This document shows, piece after piece, positions 35,501 through 46,712 of a DNA stretch of 64,000 nt. The position numbers were made by a program, and so were the translations under genes. The first letter of the stretch is position 1. The number at the start of each line of letters is the position of its first letter. Location: positions 8,244,849-8,308,848 of the forward strand of contig CM082583.2 in the NCBI GenBank assembly GCA_040954595.2. The letters run 5' to 3'. This DNA comes from Balanoglossus misakiensis (taxonomy: Eukaryota; Animalia; Hemichordata). The notes beneath the pieces were generated by a model that saw only the letters and a program-made list of their open reading frames with translations, had not been told where the DNA came from and did no database searches.

Positions 35501-36128
35501 ACCGCCAGACGGCATTTATGATGATTCATTTCAGAAACACTATTTAATCACTAGGGCGTGTCAGACACTACAACAGCACGGAGAACCATGGAGCTTGGAG
35601 GGGTGACACTACCCTTGTTCGCTCGTTGTCATGATATTGATGAAACAGTTGAGTTTTGAACAACTTGTGTCGTCAAATGAGTGTATAAAGTGAATTCGGA
35701 CCTTTCTTGCTGCATTGTCCTCGTATCGATTCACAGTCGCGCGGGGTTGTGTGTTGACTGACTGATTTTTGCGTACAAAGCAACTACGTATATACAATGC
35801 AGTATATCCTTTCTTTGACTAGTGATTGTGTATACGTGTATAATTGTATGTATATAGTGCACAAATTTGAACAAAACCCACATCTCGGGCTGTAACACCA
35901 GGTCTAGAAGCTTTCTGTCGTCAAAACATATTATTAATGTATACGAATCTTACAGTTCTGGTAAATGCTAACTTAAAAATAAGGCCAAAAGCTGTTGAAA
36001 ACTCACAGAGTTGACTGGCCGCTGAGGGCATTGATGAAGGTCAAGAAAATCTCCTCAATGATGGACCCGACGTCCAGTACAGGATCCTGGGTGGCTTGAG
36101 GTTGACTTTCGGTGACGTTGTTTTCCAT
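29521..36128 (-). CDS. STRA6 / STRA6-like (RBPR2) multi-pass retinol-binding-protein receptor homolog; about 19 coding exons
   Basis: Exons splice in frame: MENNVTES...; FLYTFIPA|VLISIFLSFLQKRKR; PVDIIDAGQDRLSYACAFGATT; FYPIFLCL...GLLYT; YVKRLL; GFKYSTRIV; YAGYQVAYLMW; DNRRLFSV...FLGRTDNSVLMRKFELWDPG|FKAYYGFLLVEEYHTHPVLVTFCNLL; and the CaM-binding-type ARNRWHLAYTLVNNPNL. The first exon (36128-36007) is less certain. Confidence 0.9.
30097..30187. repeat. Compound trinucleotide microsatellite (TCG)3-(CAC)21-(GAT)n in a STRA6-like intron
   Basis: A perfect CAC run is visible at 30107-30169. Confidence 0.95.
31945..32037 (+). mobile_element. Best-preserved copy of the TTAA-flanked MITE (STRA6-like intron)
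   Basis: TTAA-CCCTTTCGC...GTGACAGGG-TTAA: TTAA on both sides, CCC/GGG termini, 85 bp interior. Confidence 0.7.
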
Positions 36129-37006
36129 ACTTGCTTCGGTGTACAGACCTGCAGGTCCGGAATATCTCACTATCTGGTACACAGCGATCTAGGAGTTACA
36201 TGTACGCTGTCGATGACGTGCTTTACTGTAAACATAGACAGTACTGTCTATGCTGTAAAGACACAGAAAGGGAAGCCATTTATAACGTTACTGGCGTATA
36301 TCACAGGAGTGCGCATGCCCCATACACCATCAAACGACCTGTTGATGTCAGCTCTCTTTGTTCACCATATTCCCTTTATCATATGTGATAGACAGGCTGT
36401 GTTTTGTGACCTATTTGAGATTTAAACGAGAAGGTATTTTTCTCAATTAAAACGCAATGACGTGACTTATCTGCTAATACTATTATTACTACTACATCGT
36501 TTTATTAGTCAAGATGAGAAATACGATTTACTGACAAATCGAAATATAAGTGTGTAAAATGTTCCCCAGGGCCCATGCAACAGAACATTTTCACAATAAT
36601 ATTCATATGAATCTGACGATTCTACTGATTTGAGAAAATTAAAATGCCTTTTCTTGATGGCACGTACCCCACCAATGGCTATAGCGAAGAGTGACATTTA
36701 TGTTGATGCGAAAAACTACCATTCTATAATTCCATAAATATCATACGATATCGGTTATGTAATATTTTACATGCATGTTTTTTTAATATGCGGTATCGAG
36801 ATCTTGGCACATAATGCGACCCCCGAAGTTTAGCCATACATTTTGGGGTAAAATGAGTTTTGATATGTAAACTTTTGAGCCCGTTTTTGCTCTAGCGAAA
36901 GTTTTAAATAGACAGATCACAGATACTCAAAGAAAACAAGTCATGTTGCCAAGCATCAGCTGTCATCTTTAGTTTTGTTCTTCAACGTCGCTGTAGTATA
37001 CATCTA

Positions 37007-37079
37007 GCCTCGTTAGCGCAGTAGGCAGCGCGTCAGTCTCATAATCTGAAGGCCGTGAGTTCGATCCTCACACGGGGCA
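37007..37079 (+). tRNA. tRNA-Met(CAT) elongator, array copy 1 (variable loop AGGCC)
   Basis: Full cloverleaf, A and B boxes, T-run terminator. Confidence 0.95.
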
Positions 37080-37173
37080 TTATTTTTTTTAAGACGCGTG
37101 ACGAGAAATTATAAAAAGACGCTCTTTTTGTAATTACTAAAAATATTTTATCAAAAGTTATAACATACGTGCA

Positions 37174-37246
37174 GCCTCGTTAGCGCAGTAGGCAGCGCGT
37201 CAGTCTCATAATCTGAAGGCCGTGAGTTCGATCCTCACACGGGGCA
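37174..37246 (+). tRNA. tRNA-Met(CAT) elongator, array copy 2 (AGGCC)
   Basis: Full cloverleaf, T-run terminator. Confidence 0.95.
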
Positions 37247-37340
37247 TTATTTTTTTTAAGACGCGTGACGAGAAATTATAAAAAGACGCTCTTTTTGTAA
37301 TTATTAAAAATATTTTATCAAAAGTTATAACATACGTGCA

Positions 37341-37413
37341 GCCTCGTTAGCGCAGTAGGCAGCGCGTCAGTCTCATAATCTGAAGGTCGTGAGTTCGATC
37401 CTCACACGGGGCA
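37341..37413 (+). tRNA. tRNA-Met(CAT) elongator, array copy 3
   Basis: Full cloverleaf, T-run terminator. Confidence 0.97.
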
Positions 37414-37502
37414 TTATTTTTTTAAGACGCGTGACGAGAAATTATGAAAAGACGCTCTTTTTTTATTAAAAATATTTTATCAAAAGTTATAACATACATG
37501 CA

Positions 37503-37575
37503 GCCTCGTTAGCGCAGTAGGCAGCGCGTCAGTCTCATAATCTGAAGGCCGTGAGTTCGATCCTCACACGGGGCA
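37503..37575 (+). tRNA. tRNA-Met(CAT) elongator, array copy 4 (AGGCC)
   Basis: Full cloverleaf, T-run terminator. Confidence 0.95.
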
Positions 37576-37664
37576 TTATTTTTTTAAGACGCGTGACGAG
37601 AAATTATGAAAAGACGCTCTTTTTTTATTAAAAATATTTTATCAAAAGTTATAACATACATGCA

Positions 37665-37737
37665 GCCTCGTTAGCGCAGTAGGCAGCGCGTCAGTCTCAT
37701 AATCTGAAGGTCGTGAGTTCGATCCTCACACGGGGCA
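37665..37737 (+). tRNA. tRNA-Met(CAT) elongator, array copy 5
   Basis: Full cloverleaf, T-run terminator. Confidence 0.97.
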
Positions 37738-37826
37738 TTATTTTTTTAAAGACGCGTGTAGAGAAATTATAAAAAGACGCTCTTTTTTACTAAAAATATT
37801 TTATCAAAAGTTATAACATACATGCA

Positions 37827-37899
37827 GCCTCGTTAGCGCAGTAGGCAGCGCGTCAGTCTCATAATCTGAAGGTCGTGAGTTCGATCCTCACACGGGGCA
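37827..37899 (+). tRNA. tRNA-Met(CAT) elongator, array copy 6
   Basis: Full cloverleaf, T-run terminator. Confidence 0.97.
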
Positions 37900-37988
37900 T
37901 TATTTTTTTTAAGACGCGTGTAGAGAAATTATAAAAAGACGTTCTTTTCTACTAAAAATATTTTATCAAAAGTTATAACATTCATGCA

Positions 37989-38061
37989 GCCTCGTTAGCG
38001 CAGTAGGCAGCGCGTCAGTCTCATAATCTGAAGGTCGTGAGTTCGATCCTCACACGGGGCA
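37989..38061 (+). tRNA. tRNA-Met(CAT) elongator, array copy 7
   Basis: Full cloverleaf, T-run terminator. Confidence 0.97.
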
Positions 38062-38152
38062 TTATTTTTTGTAACACGCGTGTATAGATAAATTATAAAA
38101 AGACGTTCTTTTTTACTAAAAATATTTTATCAAAAGTTATAACATTCATGCA

Positions 38153-38225
38153 GCCTCGTTAGCGCAGTAGGCAGCGCGTCAGTCTCATAATCTGAAGGTC
38201 GTGAGTTCGATCCTCACACGGGGCA
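38153..38225 (+). tRNA. tRNA-Met(CAT) elongator, array copy 8
   Basis: Full cloverleaf, T-run terminator. Confidence 0.97.
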
Positions 38226-38313
38226 TTATTTTTTTAACACGCGTGTAGAGAAATTATAAAAAGACGTTCTTTTTTACTAAAAATATTTTATCAAAAGTTA
38301 TAACATACATGCA

Positions 38314-38353
38314 GCCTCGTTAGCGCAGTAGGCAGCGCGTCAGTCTCATAATC
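38314..38353 (+). pseudogene. 3'-truncated tRNA-Met (5' 40 nt only)
   Basis: GCCTCG...CTCATAATC is followed by AGC-T9 and then resumed spacer sequence. The variable loop, T-arm (B box) and 3' acceptor strand are missing. Confidence 0.9.
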
Positions 38354-39252
38354 AGCTTTTTTTTTAACTCGCGTGTAGAGAAGTTCCTAAAATACATTAT
38401 CCGGCTCACAGCACGTAGCATTATGACTACATCTGTGATTTTGGTATGCTAAATAACCTCTCAATCACATCAACCAATCACGAGCTTCACAAAATACACC
38501 TGGTGAATGACACGTCTATTGGATAGTTGTCAGTCGGTTCATTTGTCAGATGGTCAATGAGGTGCCACGTTTCCATCACTCGGAACTCAATCTTTGACGT
38601 ACAAACATGATGGCTGAAAGCAGTTACGATAACGACCTATTCATTACCAAGAACAATTTTTGACAACCAGGTGAAAGTGAAGGTCATCACTGTGACGATA
38701 TGGACTGGATTTTCCAAGATTTTGGCAGCCTAGTGTACATAAACCACCGGTCATGGAAGTGCCATGACGAAAATCAAGGCCTGGGTGCTCTTTCTCCTGG
38801 TTTGCAGCCCCCTGTACCGTAAGTAAAAATTTTACAGTAAATTTAAAGTTATTCCATTGATCAGGAATATTCGATTGTACATCAGCAAGGTACTTCAAGG
38901 AAGTTATGGTTCGTCGAAAAAAAGAAACTCAGACAAAACCCCAACCAAGGTTTGAGCCCAGCACAGAGACTACAGAGAAAGATGGCCGTACCTAGTATGT
39001 GCACCTGGAAGCAGTTCTTACGGGAGGGGGCAGCATTTCTTTCAAAACGAACAATGACTAATTTGTTATCTTGTGTGTTGGGAGTGAAAATTACCAAAGC
39101 AGTGTTTTTTGTTTGTCTTTCTTGTATGTCTTTATTCTGAATAATTGTTGGAATCAGCGATCTGTGTTGAGTGATTCATAATGCTTTGAGCTATCATCAG
39201 TCTTCCAAGTTTTCAAATGCTCACAGTTTGTGTGTCATGGACTTTGCTGATG

Positions 39253-42200
39253 TCATGACTGTTGCAAAGCTTTCACTGCCTTTTGGATGTCCCTGATGAC
39301 CAAGTCAATGTCTTCTTTTGTCGTGTGCCTTCCAATGCTGAGTCTCAGAGCATTGACTGCCGTGTCGTAGGGTATACCCACTGCCAGCAGAATGTGTGAC
39401 GGTCTGCAATGTGGAAAACACACAAATTACTGTAAAACTGTCTCATTAGTGTAAGAGTAGTATATACACGCAGTAGTTAAAATTAGTACATTTGAGGGGG
39501 GAATCAACACTCAACTCACTTGCTGTGTAGATCAGAGTGGCAGGCTGCCCCAACGCTGGCTTGGATATGTTTTGTACACTGCAGGATCTTATTACCTGAA
39601 ACCAAAGAATATGTGATTAGAAAAGATAGAAACTATTATAAAACACCTTTTTGTAAAAGTTGATTACATGTATTAGGAAGTCAAGGACACACATGAGGCA
39701 AATAAAAGCGGTAAATAAAAATTCACTCTCCTACCTTGCAGAGCTTTGCCTTTAATGGACACATTGCACGTATTTGGCAGCCGTTCACTTCCTGCAAATC
39801 TGCTGTTGAAATGCACTCTGTCTCCAAATATCTCCTGAAGAGTGAATGCAGATTGAAAATGGAATGAGAGAGCCTAGTATAAAGTAATCAGATAAAGAGA
39901 GCGTAGCTGAAATGATCTCATCTAACGTTATGTCTAGTCATTCTGATGTCAGTTTTAAAGAATCGCCTTCGAGGATTATTGAATTGTACTCACCAGAAGC
40001 CGCTCTTCCAAGTAATCTCTCACCTCCCTCATGTGAGACTCGTATTTGTCAAGGTTCGACACTACCAACTCAGCTGCCTACATCAATATCAAGACAGAGG
40101 ACTCTCAGAGCATAAATACAGTTTAATTGCCCCCTCCCCTAAGAGTTCTTGGGCTGTTACCTTTTCTAGGTTTACTAACCCTACCCTTTCTGTCTACTAC
40201 AACGTTGATCATAACTTCCAGTGTGTAACTGTCCTGATACAATCTTAAGAACATTCAAGATGTTTTGTGAAAAGTGAACTTTGGTGTACATCTTTCATAG
40301 ACATATCAAAAATTTTGTGTAAATTTTTAGTGTTTGACACAGTACCTTGCCAAGTCCTGCTATCATTCCAGTATTTTCTGTCCTGTAAAACAAGATATAG
40401 AGACCAAAATTAAGTGGCCAAGCAGACCTGAATATATTGCATGTTTACATGTAATCTATCCTTGAGATAGAGTGTAGACGTTATGAAAATTTGACATCAC
40501 TTACCCAGGTCTGAAGTTTCTTTCTTGGCCACCACCAAAGAACATTGGATAAAGCGGTGTGGCTGTGCCAGGGTCTTTGGCAAACAAAGCACCGATGCGT
40601 GGAGCATAAAACTGCAAAATTAGAAATTTCCAAGTCACTAGCAGTTGTCACTTCTGAGTGTTCTTTCAGGACAAAAGTTGTTGCAGTGCATGAATTGCAA
40701 TTATTCAGAGCTCATTCATCATAGTGTTTGAAAAAATAGTTCCATTTGTAGAGGTGTATGGTTAAAAGTTGTCCAATTAATTTATTCTTATTTTCTTGCG
40801 AACAAGAAGCAGTGAAAAAAGGAGATTGCAGGACTATTTTTCTGAATACTTTGATTGTTCCATACCTTATGTCCAACTACTGTGAGGTAATCAACACACA
40901 ATTCCTGGACATTCACTTCAATTTTGCCGATGGCCTGAGCAGCATCTGTGTGTAGCAGAATTCTTGGCAATTCTGCCTGGGCATTTCTCTTCACTGACTT
41001 GACAGCTTTCATTATGTCAGAAATAGGCTAAAAAGAGGGATAAAATAGGGTAGATGGTTGAAAAACACATTTGTGCCACGCCCCCAAATAATGTGTGCCA
41101 CGCCCCCGATCTATGAACACCAAACACTCAACAACACACCTCCCCCTTACAGTTACACTGTAGATGAAACACTGCTGGAAGTACTAGTACCTGTATAACA
41201 CCGGTTTCATTATTTGCCATCATGATAGTGACAAGGCAAGTATTAGGTCTGATAGCACCGATGATGTCATCCACTTCAACGTGACCTGTCACCTTAGAGG
41301 CTGGCACACATGTTGCTTCTGTAAGATCAAATTTATACTACATATCCATGATACTGTCACATGTTTTAAACATTTTTAATATTAACACTTTATACCCCTC
41401 CCTTCTCAATTCTAACCCTGTAAATTAATTTTATACAACGTACCAAACACCTAAATCCACTTACCAATTTTCTTTTCTTCGACAAAGTGCTCAATGACCA
41501 GTTTCACTGAGTCATGTTCAAGATTGGACGTGATAATGTGTGGCAGGCACTTGCGGTTGCCCTTGTCATTTTGTGGGAACGTTTCCAAGAAGTGCTGCAT
41601 TGCAGTGTGTATGACCAGGTTGTTTGCCTGTGGATTTAATTTACAATGGTACATTAAATGCCACTTCCCATACCATCACCAACAGCACTATCCACCACGT
41701 GATCTCAAAATTCACATTTTAATGGAACAGCTTGCAACTACATTTCTGATAGCAGTGTCAGAACTTTTTCCTGTACACCTGAAGACCAATCTTGTAAATT
41801 TTGACACCTAGATGGCAATATATATTAGTTTTATTACCTCAGTTCCACCTGATGTGAATATAATGTCTTGACTGGTCGCATTGAGCATTTCAGCAATGGA
41901 GGATCTGGCTTTGTCGATGACAGCTTTGGCTTTCTTGCCTGAGAAGTAGAAATTATGATTGGTATAAGTGGATATGAGCCCTTGTATGTACTGATAAGAT
42001 ACCATGGAGGGGAGGAAGAAGTACATTACACGTATATACCTGCTTGGTGTGAACTGCTGGGATTTCCCCATGCATTGTCTAATGCATCATGTATGGCTGT
42101 GAGGACCTCGTCTTCCAGTGGAGTTGTTGCATTGTAGTCTAAATACACACTGTATGGAAAGAAAATAAGGCAAGTGTTCAGTGGAGCACTGATGTTAAGG

Positions 42201-42429
42201 TTGATTTTGAGAGAACTTTATCGCAATTCTCATTTCACCAGGTATGTTTTTCACTCATTTTTCCCACAAAGAATCACTTAAGTACCATTTCCCCCTTCAT
42301 CTGATAAAATATAATATCCTCTACCCCCCCCCCCCCCCCCCCTCAACCCATACTGGTACATGTATATACACATGATTGCCACGTTAAATAAGTTGGAAGA
42401 CAACATTACCACTTTGAGAGATCAGACAT
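39253..42429 (-). CDS. SCLY: Selenocysteine lyase (PLP-dependent, NifS-like); multi-exon
   Basis: MSDLSKC|[10 protein letters not shown]...WGNPSS; IIFTSGGTE|ANN; SNLEHDSV (Asp where NFS1 has Lys); MANNETG; [10 protein letters not shown]; PLP Lys VGHK|FYAPRIGAL; [11 protein letters not shown]|TEN; catalytic SVGAACHS; NALRLSIGR. Stop TGA at 39253-39255. Confidence 0.93.
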
Positions 42430-43543
42430 CTTTGACTATTGTTTGTCTGGAAGGAAAACAAATACAAAGTTATGTTTTAAATTCTCTGGTGACTCAGATA
42501 GATAAACTTGTTTGTTAGTGTGTAAGTGTTAAGTGTTTAAATATGTTTGCTTGAGTTATAATACCCCCCCCCCCCTCCCCCACTCTCAGTGTATATACGA
42601 GCCTTGTCATCATGCGTGGGACGTAGACAGCTGCAATATTAAGAGAGAACTATAAAACGTTAAAAAATTACTCTCGATTATAAAATACTGCCGAAATTCA
42701 ATGCAAATACATACCGAGTTCATCCACTTCCGTATTCGCCTTTTTATCTTTCCTGGCATATGGCAGGTCACTGCAAACGAATGTATTGCCTCTTCCAACC
42801 TATTGGTGGCGCCCCTACATCCAGCTCAGAGCAGATTGTCATGTTCATTTCGAGTTCAATTTCCCGAATTTGTGCGTTTTTTTATATATAGAAATATCTC
42901 CAAATCTCACACTTTAAAATGTGCATGAAAAGATAAAGAACTTTTCTGCAATTTACCATAAGGGATAATGTTGTTGTATTTGATGGGTCTTCAAAAGTTC
43001 TGTATAGACAAGACAAGTTACACCATATTTTTATTTCAAATTATCAAATATACTTTTATTCATTAAAATACCTTCTATACATTTTTAAGCACTAGTTAAT
43101 TAAAACAATCAGTGAACATATTCTTACAAACTTGATTGGTGCCTGATACAAAGAGAATAATAAATTCAGCCTCACTGAGTGGCAGCATCTCGATGCACTT
43201 CTTTCTCAAGATATCCAATTCTTTCACACTTTTAGCAGTGATTGTCTATGAATGCAGTAAGGTCATTTTTGTCAGTGTTTCAAATTTTTCAGGTACTGTA
43301 GCAGTTTATTTTCAGTTAATTTTCAGACTGTAATATACAGTAATCAGTTATATATTGGAGTTGCACCACATGAAATTGTTTGCCGATAATCTTGGCGATT
43401 CATTCACACCAATCACGTTAAATTTTAGAGGAAAATTCACAAAGATAATGTGAAAAGATGCAACCAATATGGCTTGACTCAAACATGCAGGAAAGAAGCA
43501 TTGAGTCATTTTAGAGTTCCCCTTTGCTGCACACAATGTGCTG

Positions 43544-46339
<2,796 letters not shown>

Positions 46340-46712
46340 TTAATTTCTGTTATGAAGCTTGCTTGAAAGGGGTAAATCACTACAGATAAGACGACAGGTA
46401 TAGTCTAGATACTGGGTGGGCGTTTTCGTACTGTTGCTAGCTGCATGCCGACTGTAATCAGCTGATGTACACTTCCGGTATACGTTTTCCCACTAGCCTT
46501 TGGAGCAGAAGCACAACACGCATGCGCTTTTATTCAATATGGCGATGTAAACTGTCAACAGTTTTGTATATGTAGCAACTCGTGCAAATATTTGATGCGG
46601 CGATATTTCCGTTATTTTCCAAGTAGTCTCAGTTCATTTCTCACCCTCAGGCGTGCAAGTCACCGTACCGTGCATGAGGAGCAACATTTGTGAGACCGTT
46701 CGTCCTCCGACG
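46340..46712. promoter_or_regulatory. Putative bidirectional promoter and 5' UTRs between GALT and LRRC49
   Basis: The divergent ATGs are 373 bp apart. ETS ACTTCCGG at 46471, NRF1-like CGCATGCGC at 46519, YY1-like AATATGGCG at 46536. Confidence 0.55.

Larger units (their letters stand above)
37007..38382 (+). repeat. Tandem tRNA-Met gene array of 9 units; periods 167, 167, 162, 162, 162, 162, 164, 161 bp
   Basis: Near-identical units, each a 73-bp tRNA plus a ~90-bp AT-rich spacer. Confidence 0.97.

Noticed and set aside
28588-38225. Initiator tRNA-Met or a tRNA-derived SINE
   Set aside because: G1:C72 and the TTCG T-loop indicate elongator tRNA. The cloverleafs are intact with immediate T-run terminators, with no SINE body, tail or TSD.
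37007-38382. CRISPR-like repeat-spacer array
   Set aside because: The repeats are complete 73-nt tRNA genes, the spacers are near-identical rather than unique, there are no cas genes, and the context is eukaryotic.
39180-39260. SECIS or Sec readthrough at the SCLY TGA
   Set aside because: The ATGA...AAA...GA pattern has too short a stem and overlaps the stop codon itself; the protein ends where homologs end.
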